A stretch of 32,107 bases of DNA from Bacillota bacterium (GCA_046484105.1 JAWOBW010000048.1:1-32107), one strand, 5' to 3'. Positions 17,631 to 25,688 are shown, counted from the stretch's first letter. Notes: generated by a model from the sequence alone, not told the origin. A program made the numbers and translations.

Positions 17631-17906
17631 CCGGTCATCGCCGCCCGGCTGCGCCGCTCGGCTCCTCATCAGCCGCGACATGTGACCGCCTATCCTGCCG
17701 GTGTCGGCAGCACTCAGTCCTCCCCAGCCGCGCTTTCTGACTGCCTCCAGAAGCCCCAGTTCGGCCGCCGCCCGAATCTTCATGCCGAAATAGAGTCCAT
17801 CCTTTCTGCGCAGGTCCTTCTTGCTGATCATGGGATCCTTCTTCTTCTCATCCCGGCTCATTTTCTCAAATTTCCGCTTGTGCCGCAGCACATCGGACTC
17901 ACTCAT
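17619..17906 (-). CDS. Small acid-soluble spore protein, alpha/beta type (atypical, with a long basic N-terminal extension)
   Basis: MKIRAAAELGL...GWGGLSAADTGRIGGHMSRLM aligns by eye with the SASP core K.EIA.E.G....L....G.VGG.....L. ATG 17906 is preferred because GGAGG lies 8 nt upstream; GTG 17936 is the ORF-track start. Confidence 0.6.
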   Translation of the reverse strand: MSESDVLRHKRKFEKMSRDEKKKDPMISKKDLRRKDGLYFGMKIRAAAELGLLEAVRKRGWGGLSAADTGRIGGHMSRLMRSRAAQPGGDDRSQK

Positions 17907-18027
17907 GACAGACCCCTCCGCCCTTATTAGCTGCACCTGGCCGCCCCATTATTCACGACTGCAGAGCCCCCCTGCGCTCACTCCGACGGTTCTGGCTACA
18001 CCGCGGCCATCCCCAGGCATCCGCGGT

Positions 18028-18783
18028 TCACCCTTCCCGGACGGCCTCGATGATCCAGTGTGATGACTCGGGGGTCGGCGGGGTCAGATCATGCAAGCCG
18101 TATTCAGCTTCGACCCGGAAACCCGCACCCGACAGGGTGCAGTACAGGGCACCCCGGTCCAACAGCTGAAGAGAAAAGGAATGAGTGAACCTCTCACTCC
18201 CTCCGGGTCCCTCAACGAAGACCTCCTGCGAAATGGAGATAATTCTGCTCGAGGCATCATATTCAGTCTTTCCCCGCTTGAACACCCGGCCAGACGCACC
18301 GGCGGGAGTGTCCACGGGCTCGAATACCTTCCAGGAAGTCGCCCATGATTCTGCCGACGGGCACCACAGCTCCAGGCCCAGTCCGCCTCCGGGACGGAGA
18401 TGGTCCCGGATACTGCGCAGGGCGGCCTCGCGGTCGGAAGCTGTCAGCAGGTGGTGGAAACTGGCAGTGCCGATGAAGGTGAAGTCAAAGTCTCTCCTGT
18501 CGAGATCCAGACTCCGGACGTCAGCCAGGACCAGCGTCAGATTCTCAAGATGTCCCCGCTTTCTTTTCGCCTCGGCAATCATCTCGGGAGCTACATCTGC
18601 GGCGAGGACCCGGAAGCCCCGCTGCGCCAGGTCGGCCGCCACCTCCGCCGTGGCGGCCATGGCCGCCAACACGACCGATCCGTATGAAGCGGCCAACCGC
18701 GCCCAGCAATCCACCTCGTCCGACCGATCACCGGAAAATGAGTCCCACGTTGCCGCGTGTTTCGAATAGTTGGCAGCAGACAT
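18028..18783 (-). CDS. Class I SAM-dependent methyltransferase fold protein with a degenerate motif I
   Basis: VVLAAMAATAEVAADLAQRGFRVLAADVAPEMIAEAKRK...FDFTFIGTASFHHL...LRPGGGLGLELW shows the overall Methyltransf_11/25-like layout. The GxGxG of motif I is replaced by A-M-A-A-T-A. Confidence 0.65.
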   Translation of the reverse strand: MSAANYSKHAATWDSFSGDRSDEVDCWARLAASYGSVVLAAMAATAEVAADLAQRGFRVLAADVAPEMIAEAKRKRGHLENLTLVLADVRSLDLDRRDFDFTFIGTASFHHLLTASDREAALRSIRDHLRPGGGLGLELWCPSAESWATSWKVFEPVDTPAGASGRVFKRGKTEYDASSRIISISQEVFVEGPGGSERFTHSFSLQLLDRGALYCTLSGAGFRVEAEYGLHDLTPPTPESSHWIIEAVREG

Positions 18784-19140
18784 GCCCTCTCACCAGCCAA
18801 TCGGTCATCAATACGCGTAACTCTCACACTTCAAATGATACACAAAACGGCGAGATGGCACTCATCGGTCCGGCCTCCTCACTGACTGCCTGATCGGCCT
18901 TCGGGGCCGGCCGCCGCACTGGGTTCTATTGCTGGTCGAAAAGGCGGCATGGTACCATGACATCAGTGCCAATGCTGACGCAGCGTCTGTTCATTCGTGC
19001 CGATGACTGCAGGACTGTGATGATGTGAGCGGTGGCCCACTCAGATCGACGCGTCGAGGGCAACATTGTCCGCATGGTCAGGGGCAACCTGAGCGGCACC
19101 TCTCACTCGCTGCATGGAATCCACAGGAGGTTCGTGTACG

Positions 19141-20910
19141 GTGATCACCGGTTCAGGCCAGAGATCTCACAGCATTTTACCCCTGCAATCCGGCATTTCT
19201 GCGATCGTGCTTCTGCTGGCAGTAGCTGCGATCACCGGCCACCCCGGTCCCGTTGAAGCCCTCCCCTACGGCTGGGACGAGACGTGGGGAGAACCCCTGA
19301 ACCTTGGCAGCACTCCGCTCGGTGCACCCACCTTTGTGGTCTCAGAGGATGACGACGGAATCACCGTCCACTGGATCGAGGACAGGAAGGACAACGACGG
19401 TGACCTTCTGCGGTCAACACTTCTGCACTGGCGCGCAGATGTTCTGGAGGTCGCCTGGAGTGGGCGGATTCGCATAAGGGGCAGGACCCTGGATCTCGCC
19501 TCGTCGTCGGCCGGCGGGATGCAGGTGCTGGCGTGGACCTCCTATGACGGAACCGAGTACCACATCACCGCCGCCGCGGTGACGCCCGGGCAACAAGATC
19601 ACATCTACATTCTGCATCAGAGATCCTTCCCCCACGCAGTCGGCGGGGTGGACATTGGTCTGAACTCTGGTTGCCTGATCATCAGCTGGGAAGACTACAG
19701 GAAATCGCAGGTGGATGTGCGCACTATGGTGCTGCCCGCGGACGCTGAGATCACCGGAGTCGATGCACTGTCCTCAATCGCACTGCGAGATCACCCCGGC
19801 AGCGGGGCACGTCCCTCCGGTCCAGTGAGGTTTCCGCGGGTGGTCGCTTCCTCCGCTGGAAGCACATCTATCGTGGTCTTCGAGCAGCAGTACATGCGCA
19901 CCGGCACCATCTGGCTGGCCGATATCGGCCACGATGCCCGCGGCGAGGACATCGACCTGGATCTTCGACCCCTCGTGCCCGGGTTTGCCCCCGGGATTGA
20001 AGACACCTCTCCCTACGCGACATTGAGTACACCCGATGCAGGTGACGTACTGCTCGCCTGTGGCGACGTCACGGCACCGGCCGAGCACAGCGCCGCGGGT
20101 CTCATGGCAATTCCGCTGAACAGCGACGTTTCGGAGGCATCGGTCATCTTCCATATGAATCCCCGCGGCAAGGGTGAGATAGCGGCAATGGTGACCCCGG
20201 GACAGCACCAGCTTTCTGACGCTCCACCTGCCTGTTGGCTCGCCTGGGCGGACTACGGCACATCGGGAGCCAGCCGCGTGGACGGAGTGAGTTCTGCTCA
20301 CTGCAGGGAGAACCTGCTGTTGCCGGCCGATGGAATCCGCAACTGGACCTTCGGATTTGAAGGAGCCGGGACACCTCACCTTTCCGCAGGTCCAGGCGGG
20401 CAGGTGCATCTCATCTTCTCACAGATGCAGGGCGCCACTTCCGCGGTGTATGTGGCACGCTCAGGTGATCCCGCCCCCGTGACGCGCTGGAACCTGGTGG
20501 GCGTCGAGGAGGAACACATCACAGGCTCGGCTGTCTTCCATGCGGTTCAGCTGGCCGCACTCGGGGGCCTCCAGATCCTGGCCAATTTCCCCCTGCTGGC
20601 CCTCGCCGCCCTGCTGGCTCACTTCCTGGGGACGCGGGTTGACAGCTCACGACCACTCTGGATCTCTCTCGGTGCCGTCCTCATTGTCGCACTGCTGCAA
20701 CTGACCAACATTCATCTCATCGACCTTCGCAGTGCAGCGCCTGACGTCACCGATCAGGCGATTCACATGATCATTGCGGGTGGGCTGGTGATACTGTTCC
20801 ACCTGCGTCATCCGCTCCACCACGAGCTGCTCAGCCCGCTGATCGCAGTCATCCTCTTCTCCTGGTGGACCCACACCTTTGCTCTCATTCGGGTGGTGTA
20901 TCTACCATGA
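19141..20910 (+). CDS. Hypothetical membrane protein: N-terminal signal/anchor, ~430-aa extracytoplasmic region, four C-terminal TM helices
   Basis: AGGAGG (19125-19130) lies 10 nt before GTG 19141; the ORF-track ATG 19114 has no SD. The hydrophobic segment ISAIVLLLAVAAITG is followed by PVEA|LP. C-terminal TM helices: AVQLAALGGLQILANFPLLALAALLAHFLG, LWISLGAVLIVALLQL, IHMIIAGGLVILFHL, LSPLIAVILFSWWTHTFALI. I recognise no family. Confidence 0.6.
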   Translation: MITGSGQRSHSILPLQSGISAIVLLLAVAAITGHPGPVEALPYGWDETWGEPLNLGSTPLGAPTFVVSEDDDGITVHWIEDRKDNDGDLLRSTLLHWRADVLEVAWSGRIRIRGRTLDLASSSAGGMQVLAWTSYDGTEYHITAAAVTPGQQDHIYILHQRSFPHAVGGVDIGLNSGCLIISWEDYRKSQVDVRTMVLPADAEITGVDALSSIALRDHPGSGARPSGPVRFPRVVASSAGSTSIVVFEQQYMRTGTIWLADIGHDARGEDIDLDLRPLVPGFAPGIEDTSPYATLSTPDAGDVLLACGDVTAPAEHSAAGLMAIPLNSDVSEASVIFHMNPRGKGEIAAMVTPGQHQLSDAPPACWLAWADYGTSGASRVDGVSSAHCRENLLLPADGIRNWTFGFEGAGTPHLSAGPGGQVHLIFSQMQGATSAVYVARSGDPAPVTRWNLVGVEEEHITGSAVFHAVQLAALGGLQILANFPLLALAALLAHFLGTRVDSSRPLWISLGAVLIVALLQLTNIHLIDLRSAAPDVTDQAIHMIIAGGLVILFHLRHPLHHELLSPLIAVILFSWWTHTFALIRVVYLP

Positions 20911-21095
20911 AATGGCATGAGAAGATCCATCGATTGCGGAGTGCGGCGCCGGCAGCACTCGGGAACCTGTGGCGGCAGACGCCCCAGTGGCTGCAGGCAA
21001 CCCTCCTGATTGTCATGCTAACTTTCGCAGGCCTGCTTCTCGTCGCAATCTACACTATGCTCCGGCCCGGACCCAGCTTCCCGGGCCTACACTGA
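20907..21095 (+). CDS. Small single-TM membrane protein, translationally coupled to the upstream gene
   Basis: ATG 20907 overlaps the upstream TGA (ATGA). Sequence MKWHEKIHRLRSAAPAALGNLWRQTPQWLQATLLIVMLTFAGLLLVAIYTMLRPGPSFPGLH has one clear TM helix. The ORF-track start at 20865 lies inside the upstream gene. Confidence 0.45.
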   Translation: MKWHEKIHRLRSAAPAALGNLWRQTPQWLQATLLIVMLTFAGLLLVAIYTMLRPGPSFPGLH

Positions 21096-21096
21096 C

Positions 21097-21951
21097 TCAG
21101 TACTGCCTGAGCCGGGGATCCAGTACATCCCGCAGTTCATCGCCCAGCAGGTTGAAGCCCAGTACGACCACCATGATGGCCAGACCCGGGAATGTTGTCA
21201 TCCACCAGGCTGAGCGTATGTAGGCGCGACCACTGGAGAGAATCGCACCCCATTCAGGCGAGGGGGGCTGTGCCCCGAGACCGATGAAGCTCAAGCCGGC
21301 GGCGGACAGAATGGCTCCGGGCAATCCCAGGGTCGCCAGGATGATGATGGGCGATATGATGTTGGGCAACACGTGCCGCAGGGCAGTCCTCGCGTCGGTC
21401 GCGCCAACTGCTCTGCTTGCCTGCACGTAATCGTTCTCCATGACAGACAGGCAGGTCCCGCGGGTGAGACGGGCATAGGTCGGCATGGAGCCCAGTCCCA
21501 CGGCTATCATGACATTGTTGAGGCTGGGACCGAGAATCGCGATTATGGCCAGGGCGAGCACAATGCTCGGGAATGCCATCATGATGTCGATGAATCGCAT
21601 GACCAGCATGTCCACGGTGCCGCCGAAGAACCCGGCGATCAATCCGATGATGCCCCCGGTTATCATGGAGATGCCCACGCTTATGATGCCGATCTGAAAG
21701 GTGATGCGCGAGCCGTGAATGAGGCGGCTCAGCAAATCACGGCCGAACTCGTCAGTGCCCAAAAGATGCTGGCTGCTGGGCGGTTGCAGGCGCCGGGAGA
21801 CATCCATATCGGTGGGATCGTAGGGGGCGAGCCACTGGGCGGAAGCAGCCGTGAGGCTCAGCAGCAGCAGCATGGCAACCCCAATCTGGGCAGCCCTCTT
21901 TCTGATCAGCTTTCTGAGTGCTCCCCTGATGTAACTCTCGCTGCGCGGCAT
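21097..21951 (-). CDS. ABC transporter permease, DppC/OppC type
   Basis: WLAPYDPTDMDV...HLLGTDEFGRDLLSRLIHGSRITF...; EAA-like region ...YVQASRAVGATDARTALRHVLPN. ATG 21951 has GAGGA 7 nt upstream; the ORF-track start at 22065 overlaps the preceding permease gene. Confidence 0.88.
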   Translation of the reverse strand: MPRSESYIRGALRKLIRKRAAQIGVAMLLLLSLTAASAQWLAPYDPTDMDVSRRLQPPSSQHLLGTDEFGRDLLSRLIHGSRITFQIGIISVGISMITGGIIGLIAGFFGGTVDMLVMRFIDIMMAFPSIVLALAIIAILGPSLNNVMIAVGLGSMPTYARLTRGTCLSVMENDYVQASRAVGATDARTALRHVLPNIISPIIILATLGLPGAILSAAGLSFIGLGAQPPSPEWGAILSSGRAYIRSAWWMTTFPGLAIMVVVLGFNLLGDELRDVLDPRLRQY

Positions 21952-22009
21952 ATCGTCTTCCTCGGTGATCGGCCGCTGCAGATTTGCATCCACTGAGAGA
22001 CCACTCCAA

Positions 22010-22933
22010 TCAGCTGTATGCGATGCGGGGATCCAGCACCGCGTAGAGAAGATCGACCACGACATTGACCGCCACTATCGTGAGTGCATCTACCAGAATC
22101 GCTCCCTGAACCAGGGGGAAGTCTCTCGCCAATATGGCACGGACTCCGACGGCACCGAGCCCGTTGTAGGCGAAGACCACTTCGATGACGAATGCACCTC
22201 CCAGGAGGTAACCGAACTGCAGCCCCATCATCGTGATGACGGGAATGAAGGCATTGCGGAGAGCGTGCTTGTACAGGACGATCCTGGAATGAAGCCCCTT
22301 CGCCCTGGCGGTGGTAACGTAATCCTCCTGCAGCACATCGAGAAGGGAAGACCTCGTCATCCTGGCCAGTATTGCCGCTGAACCGACCCCCAGTGTGAAC
22401 GCGGGTAAGACAAGGTGTTGCGGGGTGTCCGAACCGGCGACTGGCAGCCAGCCAAGGCGCACGGCGAAGAGTAGAATCAGAAGAAGACCCATCCAGAAAC
22501 TAGGCATTGATACACCGATCAGGGCCAGTATTCGGGTGACGTTGTCGATGATGCTGTCCTTGCGCGCCGCTGATATCACGCCCAGTACTATTCCTATGCA
22601 GCCCGCGATGATGATGCTTGCCACCGCGAGCTTGACAGTGTTGAAATACCGGTAGCCAATCTCCTGCACCACGGGTCGGTTGCTCCGAATCGACCTTCCC
22701 AGGTCTCCCTTCAGGGCACTGCCCGCCCAGTTGAGGTACTGGATATGGATGGGAAGGTGAAGCCCCAGCTGGCGCCGCAGGGCTTCTCGAACCTCAGGTG
22801 AGGGTTTCTGCTCCGCAGTCATGATGTCCACTGGATCACCCGGCACCAGATGCATCATGGAGAAAATGAGGATGGAGACTCCGACCACCACCGGCACTGC
22901 CCACAGCAGGCGTTTCGCTATGTACTGATACAA
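22010..22933 (-). CDS. ABC transporter permease, DppB/OppB type
   Basis: MYQYIAKRLLWAVPVVVGVSILIFSMMHLVPGDPV...EDYVTTARAKGLHSRIVLYKHALRNA. TTG start with GGAGG 9 nt upstream. Confidence 0.9.
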   Translation of the reverse strand: MYQYIAKRLLWAVPVVVGVSILIFSMMHLVPGDPVDIMTAEQKPSPEVREALRRQLGLHLPIHIQYLNWAGSALKGDLGRSIRSNRPVVQEIGYRYFNTVKLAVASIIIAGCIGIVLGVISAARKDSIIDNVTRILALIGVSMPSFWMGLLLILLFAVRLGWLPVAGSDTPQHLVLPAFTLGVGSAAILARMTRSSLLDVLQEDYVTTARAKGLHSRIVLYKHALRNAFIPVITMMGLQFGYLLGGAFVIEVVFAYNGLGAVGVRAILARDFPLVQGAILVDALTIVAVNVVVDLLYAVLDPRIAYS

Positions 22934-22954
22934 AACGCAGCACCTCCGTCTTCG

Positions 22955-22991
22955 GCGCAGGCGCTGAACACCAGGTGCTCAGCGCCTGCGC
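22955..22991 (-). other. Intercistronic stem-loop between the binding-protein gene and the first permease gene
   Basis: Perfect 13-bp inverted repeat GCGCAGGCGCTGA (22955-22967) / TCAGCGCCTGCGC (22979-22991) with an 11-nt loop. It lies between the SBP stop (23019) and the permease SD (~22945). No U-tract. Confidence 0.6.
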
Positions 22992-23018
22992 TCCCTACCG
23001 TAGATTCACGGCCAGCGA

Positions 23019-24650
23019 TCACTCATCAATCCAGATGTCACCGTAGAACCAGCGACCGTACGGTCCAAACTTGAAGTCCTTTACCTCCTCGCGAACCGCA
23101 ACTACGTTCTTGGGAGAGCAAATGGGAATGATCAGCGCATCCTCCAGCGTAATCTTCTGAATCTCCTCGATGTACTTCATTCGTTCCTCGGGCTGAGGGG
23201 TGGTGTCAGCTTTCTTCAGCAATTCTGCCAGGGGTGGATTGTCGACATCCACATCGTATATACCCATATTTCGATAATCTGCCCACATCATGGTCAGAAT
23301 CGTCGGCTCACCCCAGCTCCACCCCATGATATTCATGTGGTGGTTCTGCTCCGGCTGCTTCGCAAATAAAGTGCCGATCTCCATACTCTCGATGTTGACT
23401 TCAATGCCCACCTTGCTCAGGTGATTCTGAACCAGCTGGGCCGACCTCTGCTGGCGGGGATCATCCCAGGTGTAGTAGATGACGGAAAACGCCTCTCCGT
23501 CCTTGTCAAGTATCCCATCACCGTCGACGTCTTCCCAGCCGGCCTGGGCAAGAAGAGACTTGGCCTTCTCCAGGTCGTGGTCAAAGCCGTACTGCTCCCC
23601 GACCTCCTCGCTGTAACCCATGATGGCCGGAGGCATGGGAGACTTGATCTCCTTGGCCATCTCCTCAAAAGCGACGGTGATGAACTCAGATCGATCAATG
23701 GCGTGGGCGACAGCCTGGCGAACCCGGATGTCGTCGAAAGGCCATTTCTTCCAGACGAATTCCAGGTAGTAGAATTGAGTGCCGCCCTCCGTGTAGTACA
23801 TGTTGAAGTCGGGATCATCCTCCAGCCTGCTCACTTCGGCCAGCGGTGGCGTACCCATGTGGACCTCGCCCGTTTCGAGGCTGGCGACCAGGGTCTGGTC
23901 CTCTGAGATGGTCCTGAATACCAGCTTCTCCACGTAGGGCGGGCCGGGGTTGTCCGCGTAGGGGTAACGCTGGACATAGTCGGGGTTACGCACCAGTACG
24001 GTCCGCTCACCGGGAATCCACTCCTCGAACATGAACGGGCCACTGCCCACCGGGTTCTGGCCGAAATCCTCCCCGTATTCCTCGACGGCGGTTGGTGACA
24101 GAATGCCGAGATAGGCCACCGACAGATTGTACAGGAAGGGGGCGAAGGGTTCTGAGTGGGTGAAGCTGATGGTATAGTCGTCCACGACCTCCACATCCAC
24201 CAACGGGCCCAGCTGGTCCAGGCAGGGCGCCACCTCAGTCTCATCCATTATGCGGTCGAAGGTGAACTTGACTGCCTCAGCATTCACAGGAGGTCCATCG
24301 TGGAAGTTCACATCATCTCGGAGATGGAAAGTGTAGGTGAGCCCGTCTTCAGATATGTCCCAATCCTCGGCCAATCCCGGCTGGAAAGTCATGTCCGTGT
24401 CCACCACGATCAGGGTATCCAGGATCTGAGTGAACACCGCGGACGATGCCGCAGCGAGAGTGCGATGTGGATCCAGGGTGTCACCTTCAGTAGCACGACC
24501 GATTACCAGCGTGCCACCCTCCCTCGTCTCCCCTGGCTCTCCCGGCTCGTCTACTGTCTCTTCCTCGGGGGCACAGGCGGAAACTGCCACAGACAGGATG
24601 AACGCAAACACAATGAGAAGTACAAGCTTTCTGTTAACCGTGGTCAACAC
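23019..24650 (-). CDS. ABC transporter substrate-binding lipoprotein, family 5 (peptide/nickel)
   Basis: Lipoprotein signal VLTTVNRKLVLLIVFAFILSVAVSAC (lipobox VSAC), then a family-5 SBP body (...GGTLVIGRATEGDTLDP...FHDGPPVNAEAVKFTFDR...). Start set to GTG 24650; the ORF-track start at 24770 adds a non-signal-like 40 aa. Confidence 0.88.
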   Translation of the reverse strand: MLTTVNRKLVLLIVFAFILSVAVSACAPEEETVDEPGEPGETREGGTLVIGRATEGDTLDPHRTLAAASSAVFTQILDTLIVVDTDMTFQPGLAEDWDISEDGLTYTFHLRDDVNFHDGPPVNAEAVKFTFDRIMDETEVAPCLDQLGPLVDVEVVDDYTISFTHSEPFAPFLYNLSVAYLGILSPTAVEEYGEDFGQNPVGSGPFMFEEWIPGERTVLVRNPDYVQRYPYADNPGPPYVEKLVFRTISEDQTLVASLETGEVHMGTPPLAEVSRLEDDPDFNMYYTEGGTQFYYLEFVWKKWPFDDIRVRQAVAHAIDRSEFITVAFEEMAKEIKSPMPPAIMGYSEEVGEQYGFDHDLEKAKSLLAQAGWEDVDGDGILDKDGEAFSVIYYTWDDPRQQRSAQLVQNHLSKVGIEVNIESMEIGTLFAKQPEQNHHMNIMGWSWGEPTILTMMWADYRNMGIYDVDVDNPPLAELLKKADTTPQPEERMKYIEEIQKITLEDALIIPICSPKNVVAVREEVKDFKFGPYGRWFYGDIWIDE

Positions 24651-25219
24651 TGTCCCAGACCCCTTCCCAGGTGTATTCTCTTCCTCCGGTCGACTGGTTC
24701 TGTGGTCCTTGTGTTGCCCCTGCGATCCGATGTGGATGTGCCATGGCCGTGCCGTCACAGTCGTCGCCAATCCACGGCTCCGGACAGCACTCCGGAGCTG
24801 ATGGCTTTTGTCATTTATTCGACGCCCAGCAACGAAATCCTCTAATCGGCATTCTCATAATCGCGCTGCCAGTGCAGAATGGTGCTGTATCACTCGGACA
24901 TTGAAATCCAAATCAGACTGACTGGCGGACATGAACATGTCACCCGCACCGCTCCAACCCGACAGTGCTGTGGAGCCGGGGCAACTGGCATCGGGAAGGG
25001 ATGTCAGCAGGTGGACACGCGGAAGCTCTCAATTGCGCGTCGGTGAGGGCAGTATCACTCATTACACGAAGGGCTCGCCCATCTTCCCGCTCATCACCGT
25101 CTGCATTCCGTGCCCTCCGGGGATGAGGGACCAGGGGATTCGGTCAGAGGTGTTATATCCCCCGGCGACGGGCAAGGTATCTACCAGGCGAAACCCACTC
25201 ATCACGGGAGGAATGACCC

Positions 25220-25630
25220 ATGAACTACCTGATACCGGGAAGACCATTTCGCGGAATGAATCGGTTCCCCGAGGATTTCGACATTGGCGTATGGGGCGGT
25301 GTCCTCGGTTCGCCGTTGGCGGACCTTGAAGACAGGGGCGATCACTACCAGCTGGTGGCCGAGGTTCCCGGAGTGAGCCGTGAGAACCTCAGGATACACG
25401 TCACCGAAACGTCTGTTCACCTACAGGGGGCGCAGGAACAACGGGCGGAAACGCGCGAGGGCAACTATCTCCGGCGGGAGAGACGTCGCGGCAGTTTTCA
25501 GCGGACGTTCTCTCTGCCCTCACCCGTATCGCCCGAGGAAGCCCGCGCCCACTTTGAGGACGGTGTCCTGACCATTGAGATGCCGAAAGAGGGGCGCACC
25601 CGGGGCCGGGACCTACGGATTGAAGGATAA
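25220..25630 (+). CDS. Hsp20 / alpha-crystallin family small heat-shock protein
   Basis: ADLEDRGDHYQLVAEVPGVSRENLRIHVTETSVHLQG...GSFQRTFSLPSPVSPEEARAHFEDGVLTIEMPK is a classical ACD pattern. GGGAGG lies 8 nt before the ATG. Confidence 0.92.
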   Translation: MNYLIPGRPFRGMNRFPEDFDIGVWGGVLGSPLADLEDRGDHYQLVAEVPGVSRENLRIHVTETSVHLQGAQEQRAETREGNYLRRERRRGSFQRTFSLPSPVSPEEARAHFEDGVLTIEMPKEGRTRGRDLRIEG

Positions 25631-25646
25631 CCGCACCCAGCAATGC

Positions 25647-25688
25647 GGGGCCCCGGAGACTCGTTGCTCCCGGGACTGCCGGGGCCCC
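25647..25688. terminator. Terminator-like GC hairpin between convergent hsp20 and nrdJ
   Basis: GGGGCCCCGG (25647-25656) / CCGGGGCCCC (25679-25688) forms a 10-bp perfect stem with a 22-nt loop that can itself fold. Only TT follows on the plus strand. Alternative folds are possible because the arms are self-complementary. Confidence 0.35.

Noticed and set aside
17925-17954. Sigma-G-like promoter (GAATA, 18-19 nt spacer, CTAATA) upstream of the SASP gene.
   Set aside because: The -10 element ends only about 6 nt from the GGAGG that serves ATG 17906, so the transcript would start inside or after the SD. It would fit only if a different start were used. It is kept as a note within a finding, not as a feature.
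18895-18909. Small CGGCC-TTCGG-GGCCG hairpin in the methyltransferase / membrane-module divergent intergenic region.
   Set aside because: It has only 5 bp and no U-tract, and it lies upstream of both flanking genes, so it is not positioned as a terminator.
18957-19028. 23-codon upstream ORF (MTSVPMLTQRLFIRADDCRTVMM) in the 357-bp region preceding the unknown membrane module.
   Set aside because: It has no SD and no obvious attenuator structure linked to it, and such short ORFs are frequent by chance.
24856-24871. TGGCAG-N5-TTAT on the minus strand upstream of the SBP gene, which superficially resembles a sigma-54 -24/-12 element.
   Set aside because: The -12 element lacks the conserved GC (TTGC), and no enhancer-binding-protein gene is nearby.
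24887-25060. Direct repeat GTATCACTC at about 24887-24895 and about 25052-25060 in the SBP/hsp20 spacer.
   Set aside because: A single 9-mer pair 165 bp apart is not clearly beyond chance (expectation roughly 0.4 for a 450-bp region). It has no dyad symmetry and no positional relation to either start codon.
25142-25148. GGTCAGA resembling a CtsR operator half-site upstream of hsp20.
   Set aside because: The CtsR operator is a tandem heptad (GGTCAAA-NAN-GGTCAAA), and only one imperfect half is present. No CIRCE element (TTAGCACTC-N9-GAGTGCTAA) was seen either.
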